From positions 249,612,001-249,676,000 of the forward strand of contig JBNRSN020000007.1 in NCBI GenBank assembly GCA_051313645.2: a DNA stretch of 64,000 nt. Direction: 5' to 3'. This document shows positions 25,117 through 36,624 of this stretch, one piece after another. Both the position numbers and the translations under genes were made by a program. Numbering within the stretch: position 1 is the stretch's first letter; each line of letters opens with the position of its first letter. The stretch comes from Centroscyllium fabricii. Taxonomy: Eukaryota. The notes below the pieces were generated by a model. The model searched no databases and was not told the origin of the DNA. It saw nothing but the letters and a program-made list of their open reading frames with translations.

Positions 25117-25779
25117 TCATCAGGCTTGCACCATTTAATAGGGCCGGGTAACACGCAGGGCGGCCTTAAAAATCACCATTAACAGAAAGTCGATCTCAGC
25201 AGCAGGATGGAGTGAAGAACGGGTTTGCGCCCGCCACAGCGACTGCCTGCACCTGACCTGCCCAGTTACAGAAAATTACAGCCTAAATATTATTTTTTAA
25301 ATAAATTTGAAAATGGAGCAGAAGGTGGCTGAAAATTGGCACCGCTTCCACATCGCTAAAAGTGAGATCAACTCATTTAGTATTTTTTGATTAGCCTCGC
25401 ATCTGATGTGCTCAGACACCCATCACCGTGCTTAAGATTCTCCAAAACAAATTTGTGAAAACTCCACATGAGTGAGTTTCCATTTACCTGATGTGGAGTG
25501 CCGACTCTCTACCTAAGCCCAAAGACCTCACAATGTGTTTAAGGAACTACTGAAGCTTAATCAGCCAGAATTGCAATTTACCAGAAGACAGCAATAGTAA
25601 GCTTCTGGTGCTTGTTTAACTAGGACCACTCTACATGTTATGGCATTGACTTGCAGGGTTATCTGGAATTGAGAGTGAAGAATCCTGTCCCGAGTGACAG
25701 ATCAACCATTCTGAATCCCTTCAATGAGTCAAGCTCAATGGTCAATCATCAATAGTCTTAGAGCACCGTTAAACGCCCC

Positions 25780-26203
25780 CAGCCCCAATATTTACAGGGA
25801 GGTGGGAGGGTGCAGGTGAGGTCAAAAACAACAGAGGTCAGACCTCATGAGCATCTTGTAGCTCTGTGTCCCATCCAGCAGCTGGCCAAATCGATAGCCT
25901 GGCTGGCGGGCAGGAGGAAACACCAGTGACAAGAGGATGATCCCCGGCAGTTGGGAGTGGGGTGAGGTCGGGGCTGGTTGCGGGAGAAACCCATGCAACA
26001 GTAAATTTCAAATCAGGCTCCCATTTGCACTGTGGGAACCTGATTTAAATATGTTAATTAAGCGCTCCGTCTCTCCATGGTGGGACACTCGGGTATCTCA
26101 ATCAGCCGCCGTGAAATTTGCGACTGACGCGTTCTGAGCATTTCAGTTTTTAAGCCCCGACCCGACCCTCTCTTGCCCGTTATGAGGGGGTTAATATTGA
26201 GGA
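25780..26203. mobile_element. Decayed MITE
   Basis: Degenerate inverted ends (ccccaatattta / ttaatattgagg) and GC-rich body like neighbouring MITEs. Confidence 0.4.
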
Positions 26204-26309
26204 TCAGAATCTGCCATGAAGTATTGATTCAACTTTAATGTCTTGTTGCCAGGCATGCCAATTTAGAGCTAATTTCATTCCAAAGAGACAGTGTTTGTTA
26301 CCAAGAAAT

Positions 26310-27700
26310 ACAGACACTCCCAGTCCCCATCCACCATCACCCTCCTCTGCCTGGCTGAACTTGTCTCACATTGAACAACTTCTCCTTTGACTCCATTCAT
26401 TTCCTCCAAATCAAAGGAGTTGCTATGGGTACCCCCATGGGTCCTAGCTATGCCTGCCTTTTTGCGGGATATGTGGAATACTCTTTGCTTCAGTCCTACT
26501 CGGGTCCCCGCCCTCACCTCTTTTTCCAGTACATTGATGAATGTATCGGTGCCGTTTCCTGCTCTTGCCCTGAACTAGACAATTTCATTCACTTTGCCTC
26601 CAATTTCCACCCTTCCCTCACCGTCACATGGTCTATCTCCGACTTTTCCCTCCCTCACCTCTTTTTCTGATACATTGATGACTGTATTCGTGCTGTTTCC
26701 TGTTCTCACCCATAACTAGAAAATGTCATTCACTTTGCTTCCAATTTCCACCCTTCCCTCACCTTCACATGGTCTATCTCCGACTCTTCCCTTCCCTTCC
26801 CTTCCTCGACTTCTCCATCTCCATCTCTGAGGATAGGTTATTGACCAACATTCACTACAAGCCCACTGACTCCCACAGCTACCTGGATTACACTTCCGCC
26901 CAACCCGCCTCCTGTAAGGACTCTATTCTATTCTTCCAATTTCTCCGTCTCCACCGCATCTGCTCAGACGATGCCATCTTCCACACCAGTGCTTCCGATA
27001 TGTCTTCCTTTTTCCTCAACCGAGGATCCCCTCTACTGTGGTTGACACGGCCCTTGACCATGTCCATTCTACCTCCCACACTTCTGCCCTCACCCGTGCC
27101 CCTCCCTCCCGGAACCACGATAAGGATCCCCTTGTCCTCAACTTTCACCCCACCAGCCTCCACATTCAACGGATCATCCTCCGCCATTTCCGCCACCTCC
27201 AACGTGATCCCACCACCAAATGCATCTTCCCCTCCCCTTTCAACATTCTGTAGGGCCCGCTCCCTCAGAGACACCCTAGTCCACTTCTCCATCACCCCCA
27301 GCACCCCTTCCGCTTCGCCCGGCACCTTCCCGTGCAAGCGCAAGGGGTTTACTTGTACTTCTTGCAATCTAGCATACTGTATTCGCTGCTCATGATGTGG
27401 TCTCCTCTACATTGGAGAGACCAAACGCAGATTGGGTGACCGCTTTGCGGAACACCTCCTTTCAGTCCGTAAGGGTGACCCTGAGCTTCCGGTCGCCTGT
27501 CACTTTAATTCTCCGCTTCACTCCCACTCTGATTTCTCTGTCCTTGGCCTCTTACATTGTTCCACGGAAACTCAGCAAAAGCTCGAGGAACAACACCTCA
27601 TCTTCCAATTAGGCAACTTACAGCCTTCCCAACTCAATATCGAGTTCAACAATTTCAGATCATAACCTCGGCCCCCATTATATATTTACTTATTTTTTAT
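26310..27700 (+). mobile_element. Penelope-like element (RT + GIY-YIG) with an internal ~140-bp tandem duplication
   Basis: QIKGVAMGTPMGPSYACLF, YIDE, HYKPTDSHSYLDY, LAYCIRC..GDRFAEH..EEQHLIF; 26510-26650 repeated at about 26651-26790. Confidence 0.9.
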
Positions 27701-27744
27701 CCACACCTTTGCTTTGGCTCTCCCACATGGCAGCTGTCTCCCGT

Positions 27745-28155
27745 TATGCCAGCACAGTGGCACAGTGGTTAGCATTGCTGCCTCACAGCACTGGAGACCC
27801 GGGTTCAAATCCAGCCTCGGGTACTATCTGTGTGGAGTTTGCACATTCTCCCCGTGTCTGCGTGGGTTTCCTCCGGGTGCTCTGGTTTCCTCTCACAGTC
27901 CAAAGATGTGCGGGTTAGGTTGATTGGCCAGGATAAATTGACCCTTAGTGTTAGGGGGATTGAATAGGTGGGGTTACGGGGATAGGGTGGGATATGTGTT
28001 GATGCAGGCTCGATAGTGATTGAGGGATATGGGGAGAGGGCAGGGGCGGGATACTAGGTTTGGATGTTCAGCCATGATCTCATTGAATGGCGGAGCAGGC
28101 TCGAAGGGCCGAATGGCCTACTCCTGCTCCTATCTTCTATGTTTCTATGTTTCTA
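27745..28155 (+). mobile_element. V-SINE (HE1-like) with CR1 tail
   Basis: gtggcacagtggttagc A-box, gggttcaaatcc B-box, V-domain, ggccgaatggcctactcctgctcc(tatgtttc)n tail. Confidence 0.9.
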
Positions 28156-28299
28156 TTTCACACCTAATCTACAATCATCTTCTGTCTCCACTTATCCTAT
28201 CACCATCTCATTTCGGTTTGAATACCGCTTAATTTCTCTTCTCTTCACTTTGTTCTCTCCCAGCCCGCTACTGGCCTTCTAATCTGATTCATTTCCTTG

Positions 28300-28410
28300 C
28301 TTCTTCAGTCTCGACAAAGGGTCCCAACCCAAAATGTTGACTCTATTTCTCTCTTCACGGATGTTGCCTGGCCTGCTGAGTTTTTCCAGCATTTTCTGGT
28401 GTTTTTACTG
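28300..28410 (+). mobile_element. Penelope terminal-repeat fragment
   Basis: Homologous to 12130-12280 and 29555-29655 (gcctggcctgctgagtttttccagc). Confidence 0.7.
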
Positions 28411-28451
28411 ACACTTGTCTGAACTCATTTCACACAAGATCTTTACCACAG

Positions 28452-28508
28452 AGTAAGGAGGCTTTCAGCACAGCAGTCTGATGTGAATCAAGATCTAGAA
28501 AGCAAAAG
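28452..28508 (+). CDS. Candidate host exon (phase 2-2): VRRLSAQQSDVNQDLESK
   Basis: tttaccacag acceptor, AG|gtattg donor; 57 nt; open only in phase 2. Confidence 0.5.
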
Positions 28509-28709
28509 GTATTGTGATAACCTACTGCACCATTCAATTGCCTTCTTCATTTTCTATTTTAATCTATGCCCCTGTGGAGAGATGTTCAAACACAGAACCC
28601 TGTTCTCAAAAATACATTGCTTCACAGTACACAGTCTGCTTTTGATTTTCTGTTCTCTCTTCATATCTACAGATAAACATAATTTCTTATTTTAAAGCTA
28701 ACACTATAG

Positions 28710-28757
28710 GGTTAGCTCACCAATCCTGAGTTCCCAGCGAGAAGCTGATATCAAAGG
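28710..28757 (+). CDS. Candidate host exon (phase 2-2): VSSPILSSQREADIK
   Basis: ctaacactatag acceptor, GG|gtatgg donor; 48 nt; open only in phase 2. Confidence 0.5.
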
Positions 28758-29095
28758 GTATGGGTCAGAGATCAACACTATAGTGTCAAATCTCCAATCT
28801 GCAATCTCCTTGAGTACAGCTCACTGTTGGGAAGATGAGGTTGACATTTACTTTGAAAAAAAAAATTCTTGGAGGACTTTGTTATCCTTTTCTTTCCTCT
28901 TGCCAATTTTAAGTACACTGTACACACATTTAAATCTTAATTTATTTAATTCAGCCACTTCTCATTTTATTTATAATCCACTGAATTAATTTTTGCTACC
29001 TTCCAACTTATACATTAACTTCATCTACTATATCTAACTTCTCATTGACATAACTACAGAAAGTGTTTATTTTCAAATTATATTTTATTTCACAG

Positions 29096-29164
29096 ATCAA
29101 TAGAGCCACAGTCAAACATATACGTCTATAATATATTTAAAAATCTTATGTGCTGTCTACTTAT
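29096..29164 (+). CDS. Candidate host exon (phase 2-2): SIEPQSNIYVYNIFKNLMCCLL
   Basis: Strong acceptor ttttatttcacag; open only in phase 2; donor gtgtgc is weak, so the 3' boundary is uncertain. Confidence 0.4.
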
Positions 29165-29554
29165 GTGTGCTAACTTTTCCCATTATAATTTCTTATGTCC
29201 ATATTTATAATGGAAACTGTCTATACAAACTAGTTAGACCATAATCAACCCTCCCACCTTGTTGTAGTGCTCTGGTGCCCCAGTTTTTCCATCTCCCAGC
29301 TCCTCAGTCTGAACTGGAGAGAAACTCCGATGCTTCAACCAATTCTACTTTGCTGATTGTCAAACTGGCGTTAGGATTTTCTACTTAATTATCAAATAAA
29401 ATCAAAGTATTATATAAAATATGGACAGAATATAAGATTTTAAATGGGGATTGGTGCTTGTGTGCCCTTGCTCAAATATCCCTTGCCCTTTAATCCTGTT
29501 TGTTAATTGAAGATACACTTGAGCTGCGTAATCTGTTTCATTTCCTGTGCTTTT

Positions 29555-29655
29555 TCGGTCCTGACGAAGGGTTTCGACCGAAAACGTTGACTCTATTTCT
29601 CTTTCGACGGATGTTGCCTGGCCTGCTGAGTTTTTCCAGCACTTTCTGTTGTTAT
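29555..29655 (+). mobile_element. Penelope terminal-repeat fragment with a minimal hammerhead-like core
   Basis: gtc-CTGACGA-agggtttcgacc-GAAAacgtt-gac at 29558-29591. Confidence 0.65.
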
Positions 29656-29837
29656 TTTATGAAAGTAGGGAACACACCAATCAGCATTTAGCAAGCAGGA
29701 ATGGAAACCACCATTGATGAAGTTTAAAACACTGCAGAGCAAAAGATCAACAATCAGCAAACAGTTACCAGGTGGAAGGAATGAAGTGGGACTCAAATTA
29801 ATTGTTTCAAATTATTTTAAAACTCATTTAAGTTATT

Positions 29838-30599
29838 GGCCCAGAAATTGCAGTGGAGCCTTCATGCGGGTGCAGTACCTGCTTAACGCACTTGAACTGC
29901 CCATATTCAGTTTTGCTTTTTTGCACTCAGAAATTGCAGTTAGCCCAGCTTGTCAGAGCTCCATGCGAGCTTCATGGGCAACTGAACGGTGTAATTAGTG
30001 CGAGATGGCTTTTGAGACCACCTGATTGACAGGGAGCCAATCAGTGGAACCAATTCTCCGTTCAAAACTTCCACAAAAAATCTGTACGAGTTCTGAAAGG
30101 AGAGATTGCCCAAAAGACATCTAAACTCAAAAATAAAATTTTACAACACCACATTTTTTTAACATTACCCCAACTAACACAAATAACCTATTTTAAAGAA
30201 AAAATAAAAATTTACAGAAACATTTTTCAACTTCCAACAGGTATAAAAAAATATTTACCTGTCTTTAAAGTTATCAACAATTAAAAATCTGAAAAAACAA
30301 CAATTAAAATCAATAAAATACACACTTACCAGCTAAAAACGGCTACTTACGACTGCTTTTTCCCAGCGTAGAAAATCCTGGTCTTGGTCCGTAGAAAAAC
30401 TTTTTAAAAATATCGGAATGACTGGATGCTCCCGTAGTTCGATGCTTCCTGCGCTGGACCTCGCAGGAACCCCAACCTTCCCGCTGGCCGGCATAGGAAA
30501 ACCCGAAGCTGCGCTACCGGCTGCTTCCTGCAGGTTTAAGCTCTGGTGCGCTCGCACCAGAGCTTAAACCCGATATGCGCAGACTGCAATTTCTGGCCC
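29838..30599. mobile_element. MITE family C (Harbinger-type)
   Basis: 17-bp TIR ggcccagaaattgcagt / actgcaatttctggccc; TSD ATT on both sides; inverted sister copy at 41980-42742. Confidence 0.9.
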
Positions 30600-31889
30600 A
30601 TTATCTTGTTTTCTCGCCAAGCTGATGAATTACTACAGGCTGTACTATAAATAAGATTTGTTACATAATAAAAAAAAATTGAAGTTACGAAGCTTACAAG
30701 AAAATGAGTACCTCTACTGATACAATATCAATTTCTGTTTGAAATGTCTCCAATAATATTTTCTGTTGAAGCCAGTGAGTATCCGAGAGCCTCTCAGGTC
30801 ATCACTCCCAGTTCAATAGACTCAGCAACCTGGCAGACTACAGCCCCCATCATACATTTTCGCCTACACCTCATAGAAATTGTTTTATGATTGAGAGCAA
30901 GATTAGCCATTCACAGAGTACACCAGGACTTGCTGTGTGTAAACCCCACCCACTTCTGCGCACCTATGGATGAATAAAAATGGCTGCAGATGAAAACCCT
31001 CAAAAGCCATTTTTACATAGAAACATAGAAACATAGAAGATAGGGGCAAGAGTAGGCCATTCAGCCCCTCGAACCTGCTCCGCCATTCGATGCGATCATG
31101 GCTGACCATCCAAATTCAGTACCCTGTCCCTGCATTCTCCCCATATCCTTTTAGCCTTAAGAAATATATCCAACTCCTTCTTGAATATATTTAATGATTT
31201 GGCCTCAACTGCCTTCTGTGGTAAAGAATTCCACAGGTTCACCACTCTCTGGGTGAAGAAATTCCTCCTCATCTCTGTCCTAAAGGACTTAACTCTTATC
31301 CTTAGACTATGACCCCTGGTTTTGGACTCCACCACCATTGGGAACATCCTTCCTGCATCTAGTCGGTCCAGTCCTGATAGAATTTTATAAGTTTCAATGA
31401 GATCCCCTCTCATTCTTCTAAGCTCCAGCGAGTACAAGCCTAAGTGGCCCAATCTCTCTTCATACGTCATTGCTGCCATCACAGGTATCAGTCTGGTGAA
31501 TCTTTCCTGCACTCCTTCCATGGAAAGAACTGTGACCGAAATAACGACCTCGTGGATGAGTAGTTAGAAGGGTGAAACAATACGGCTTTTATTCGCTAAA
31601 TGGTGGACATGCACCAGCTAGTCGACCGTCCCCAGGAATGGCCGGGGGATGGGAGACGGCCGCTTATGTACCTCCTCCTGGGAGGGAGGAGTCGCGGGTG
31701 GAGCCAGCATGGGCATGTCCAGGTAATCGCACACAATAGGCTATGGTACAACATGGAGAATAGTACGATTACAGTAATACAGATATATACATAACAGGGT
31801 GGATATATACAGGAACCAGTGGTTTACCACATTCACCCCTTCTTTAAAACAAAAGTCCGGCGGGGTGAACGCGACAGTTCTTTTTAAAA

Positions 31890-34800
31890 TTACAAATTAA
31901 GTCGTTCAGGCGGCCTGGTGATCCTGGTTGAGCGTCGCACCGCTGGTGGTGTCCGCGGTCGTGGAGTGGCTGGTCGGGTTGGTTGCACCGTTGGTGATGA
32001 TGCCGGTTGGCGAGCGATGGTCTTGTTGGTGCCCTTGCGGTGACAGTAGGTGGCACGCTCTCTCCCTCGTCGTCTGAATCTAGGGGGTGTGTACTGTGGA
32101 GCCATGCTGGAGGCCATGCCGTGCTGCCCATGAAAAGTTCCCCGAATACTCACTATTGGTTGATCAGTCGACAATAATCGATGCAGACACTGTTGTATAG
32201 TAAAAAGTCTTTTTCCTTTATTACGAGCTCAGAGAAAAGTTACTCGAGCCAGCACTGATCCCCAAGGGATTCTGGGGTAGGCGGGTTAACAAGTCTGCCT
32301 TCCCCCTTGTAAGTGCCTTCTTTTATTGTTACAAACTATAATCAATCAACCGAGTGACAATAAACAAGAATACTATATGTTCCAATCAGCTTACTTTCCC
32401 CATCTATGACGTTGATCAAAGGTGTTTCTTCTGCTGTAGTTTCTTATCTGATGATCTTATCTGATCTGCTATGTAGCTTATACTAAGGTTGTCTCTTTTG
32501 ATGTAGTTTCTTCGGAGACTCTGATTTATTGGTTCCTGCCTGTGATCAGCTCCAATTACTGGCCTAACTTTCTTCTATCTTTATAGCACACCAAGTTTGA
32601 AACATTAAGCAGCACTAAGCAGTTTTCACATTCCACACCCACAGGTGCCGGGTAGACGTACCGGGGTGCTGGGTTCTCGTGCCGGGGAGCGTACCTTGGC
32701 GCCGGTGGCCCGGGTGGAGTGGCTGGCCGTCTTGGGAGCGTGGGCTGCTGGGCGGGGCTGGTTTTGGGGGCTCCCGCTGGCGCCAGGTCCTTGATGGACA
32801 CGGTGTCCTCCCTCCCATCAGGGTACGCCACGTAGGCGTACTGGGGATTGGCGTGCAGGAGGTGAACCCGTTCGACCAGAGGATCTGCCTTGTGGCCCCT
32901 CACGTGCTTCCGTAGTAGGACTGGTCCCGGGGATAGCAGCCATGATGGTAGCGAGGTCCCGGAAGCCGACTTCCTGGGGAAGGCAAAAAGTCGCTCGTGA
33001 GGGGTGGCATTAGTGGCTGTACACAGGAGGGACCGGATGGAGTGGAGCGCTTCAGGGAGGACGTCCTGCCAGCGGGAGACTGGGAGGCCTTTAGACCGTA
33101 GGGCTAATAGGATGGCCTTCCAGACAGTGGCGTTCTCCCTCTCTACCTGTCCGTTCCCCCGGGGGTTATAGCTGGTAGTCCTGCTAGTGGCGATGCCTTT
33201 GGCTAGCAGGAACTGACGTAGCTCGTCACTCATAAAAGAGGCCCCCCGGTCGCTATGGATGTAGCTGGGGTAGCCGAACAGAGAGAAGATGCTGTGGAGG
33301 GCTTTGATCCCAGTGGCTGAGGTCATGTCCGGGCAGGGGATGGCAAAAGGGAAGCGGGAGTACTCGTCAATGACGTTGAGGAAGTACACGTTCCTGTTGG
33401 TGGAGGGAAGGGGCCCTTTGAAATCGACGCTGAGTCGTTCAAAGGGGCGGGTGGCCTTGATCAGATGCGCCCGGTCTGGCCGATAGAAGTGCGGCTTGCA
33501 CTCCGCACAGACCTGGCAGTTGCTGGTCATGGTCTTGACCTCCTCGATGGAGTAGGGGAGGTTGCGGGACTTCACAAAGTGAACCAACCTGGTAACCCCC
33601 GGGTGGCAGAGGTCGTTGTGCAGGGTTTGGAGGCGGTCTGTCTGTGCGCTGGCACAGGTACCGCGGGATAGGGCGTCTGGGGGTTCGTTAAATTTCCCGG
33701 GCCGGTACAAGATATCGTAATTGAATGCGGAGAGCTCAATTCTCCACCTTAATATCTTGTCGTTCTTGATTTTACCCCGCTCTTTGTTGTTGAACATAAA
33801 AGCGACTGAGCGTTGGTCAGTCAGCAGGGTAAATCGCTTGCCGGCCAGGTAGTGCTTCCAGTGACGCACTGCTTCAACGATGGCCTGGGCCTCCTTCTCG
33901 ACTGAGGAGTGACGGGTCTCGGGGCCCTGGAGGGTACGTGAGAAGAAGGCCACGGGTCTGCCCGCCTGGTTAAGGGTGGCGGCCAGGGCAAAGTCCGATG
34001 CATCGCTCTCTACCTGGAATGGGACGGACTCGTCCACGGCGTGCATCGTTGCCTTTGCAATGTCGTCCTTAATGCCGCAGAATGCCGCGCGGGCATCTGC
34101 GGACAGGGGAAATGAGGTTGATTTAAGTAGTGGGCGAGCTTTGTCCGCATAGTTGGGGACCCACTGGGCATAATAGGCAAAGAAACCCAAGCACCGTTTA
34201 AGGGCCTTGGGGGAGTGGGGGAGGGGAAGCTCCAGGAGGGGGCGCATGCGGTTCGGGTCGGACCGATGACCCCATTCTCCACAACACTGCCGAGGATGGC
34301 GAGGCGGGTGGTACTGAACACACATTTTTCAGAGTTATACGTCAGATTGAGTGTTTTGGCAGTGTGGAGACATTTCTGGAGGTTGGCGTCATGGTCCTGC
34401 TGATCGTGGCCGCAGATGGTCACATTATCGAGGTACGGGAAAGTGGCTCGCAGCCCGTACTGATCGACCTTTCGGTCCATCTCCCTTTGGAAGACCGAGA
34501 CCCCATTCGTGATGCCAAACGGGACCCTGAGGAAGTGGTAGAGGCGACCGTCAGCCTCGAAGGCAGTATAGAGACGGTCCTCTGGGCGAATGGGGAGCTG
34601 GTGATACGCGGACTTCAGATCTATGGTTGAGAACACCCGGAACTGCGCGATCTGATTCACCATGTCCGCTATCCGGGGGAGGGGGTATGCGTCTAACTGG
34701 GTGAACCGGTTGATGGTCTGACTATAGTCCACTACCATCCGGTTCTTAGCTCCGGTCTTCACCACCACTACCTGCGCCCTCCAGGGGCTATTACTGGCCT

Positions 34801-36334
34801 CGATAACCCCCTCCTTCAGGAGGCGCTGCACCTCGGACTTGATAAAGTCCATGTCCCCAGCACTGTAGCGCCTACTTTTGGTGGCGACGGGCTTGCAGTC
34901 TGGGGTGAGGTTGGCAAAGAGCGAGGGAGGGGCGACCTTAAGGGTCGAGAGGCCACAGGTAGCGCGCCGAGGGTGCTGCGCCGCACGCCGGTTGCTGACT
35001 GTGAGCGGGGGAAGGGGCCCACCGTACGCCATGGTAACGCTTTGGAGATGGCACAGGAAGTCCAGACCCAATAGTAGTGGAGCACAGAGCTGCGGCAGCA
35101 CGAAAAAGCTAAAGTTACTAAAGTGCACGCCCCGCACCGTTAGAGCCACTGCGCAACGCCCGGAGACGTCCGCAGATTCTGATTTGGAAGCCATTGAGAT
35201 CTTTTGGCTCGCTGGCATAACCTTAAGGGAGAGGCGCCTTACTGTTTCAGGATGAACAAAACTCACCGTGCTCCCGCTTTCGAAAAGGCACTCAACGTCC
35301 TGTCCGTTCACTCCCACCGGCATCATCGACTTCCCGAGTGATTGAGCCTTGTTCTGGTCCAGGGTCACCGATGCTAATATTGGATTAGACGATTCCTCTT
35401 GATCCGGCGAGAAGTCCTCCGGGGCCTGGTCCCAAGATGGCTGCCGCCATGTGGTGTACTGCGGAGGGGGTGGCTGGGTCCAATATGGCGTCTGCTGCCA
35501 CGTGATGTGCTGAGTGGGGGGTGGCTGAGTCCAATATGGCTGTCCCCATGTTCCACACGCGGCACTGCCCGGTTTCGGTTTTGGGGCTGCAGTCGCCTTA
35601 CAGACTTTAGCGTAATGTCCCTTCTTTCCACATTTTGAGCAGGCCGCGTCTCTTGCCGGGCAGCTGCATCTCGGATGCTGAGACTGCCCGCAGAAGTAGC
35701 ATTTTGCCGTCTTAGCGTGGGCGGCTGCGATCATTTCTTCCGCCGGACGTTGTGCCGGCGCTGTCCAAGTTGTCGGGGCTGGGCCCGTATAGTTACCGGA
35801 GTATGTCGATAAGTTTAACGATGCCACATCCAGCGCGTTGCCCAGGTCCGCTGTTGCCTGCAGGTCAAGGCCGTTCTGTTCTAACAGCCTTTGTCTGATA
35901 TAGTCCGACCTGAGGCCTGTAACATATGCGTCTCTGATTAAACAGTCCACATGGACCTGGGCCGATTGCGCTCTGCAGTCACAGGCCCGTGATAGCACTC
36001 TCAGCGCTCGTAAAAATTCCACGCTGGACTCACCGGGTTGCTGCTTTCTGGTGGCTAGGATGTGTCTGGCGTGGACGATATTGGGTGCCCGGTTGTACTC
36101 CGCCTTGAGGATCCTGATAGCATCCAAGAATGATGATGCGTCCACGATCATGGAGTACACCTGAGGGCCCACCCGGGCGTTGAGGAGCCGCCGTTTGTCC
36201 TCTTCGGTCCTGACGACCCCTGCGTTCGCTCTCATGTACGCATCGAAACAGTCATACCAGTGCGAGAATGTGTTTGATGCGCCTGGTGTCCGGGGATCCA
36301 ATTCGAACGTTGCTGGCTTGAGCATTGCGTCCAT
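31890..36334 (-). pseudogene. Gag-Pol polyprotein with one frameshift near 34260, PR motif LFESGS, and the INT tail split by a nested LTR
   Basis: Zn knuckles CYFCGQSQH..C and CSKCGKKGHYAKVC; RT IDLKSAYHQ..VPFGI..YLDN; RH ESDASD..EKEA..TDQ; INT H..HPG..C..C, DFKGP..SDRG..GQVER; C-terminus RRSTRITRPPERLNL. Confidence 0.92.
32131..32637 (-). mobile_element. Solo LTR (507 bp, 4-bp TSD, possibly ERV class I) nested in the Gypsy integrase tail
   Basis: TG..CA ends; TSD CCCA at 32127-32130 and 32638-32641; AT-rich inside GC-rich coding DNA; minus-strand AATAAA near 32217-32222. Confidence 0.85.
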
Positions 36335-36571
36335 CTTCAAAATTTAGCGAATAAAATTGTGACCGAAATAACGACCTCGTGGACGAGTAGTTAGAAGGGT
36401 GAAACAATACGGCTTTTATTCGCTAAATGGTGGACATGCACCAGCTAGTCGACCGTCCCCAGGAATGGCCGGGGGATGGGAGACGGCCGCTTATGTACCT
36501 CCTCCTGGGAGGGAGGAGTCGCGGGTGGAGCCAGCATGGGCATGTCCAGGTAATCGCACACAATAGGCTAT

Positions 36572-36624
36572 AGAAGATAGGATCATAGAAGATAGGAGCA
36601 GGAGTAGGCCATTCAGCCCTTTGA
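36572..36624 (-). mobile_element. 53-bp CR1/SINE 3'-tail insertion in the 5' LTR
   Basis: Absent from the other LTR; GCTAT duplicated at 36567-36571 and 36625-36629; sequence is the CR1 tail. Confidence 0.9.

Larger units (their letters stand above)
17680..25283 (+). mobile_element. Decayed autonomous PIF/Harbinger DNA transposon with nested insertions
   Basis: TAA at 17677-17679 and 25284-25286; imperfect TIR gaccggaatttt / aaaattacagcc; convergent transposase and Myb/SANT genes. Confidence 0.8.

Noticed and set aside
27745-27825. tRNA gene (also at 19100-19170 and 59460)
   Set aside because: These are SINE heads continuing into the V-domain and CR1 tail.
32556-32640. Novel integrase C-terminal domain (VECENCLVLL..)
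   Set aside because: It is read-through into the nested solo LTR; the true C-terminus resumes at 32130.
34250-34330. Programmed ribosomal frameshift in the Gypsy pol
   Set aside because: It falls at the end of the RT domain with no slippery site; it is best explained as a 1-bp deletion in GGT CCC GAC.
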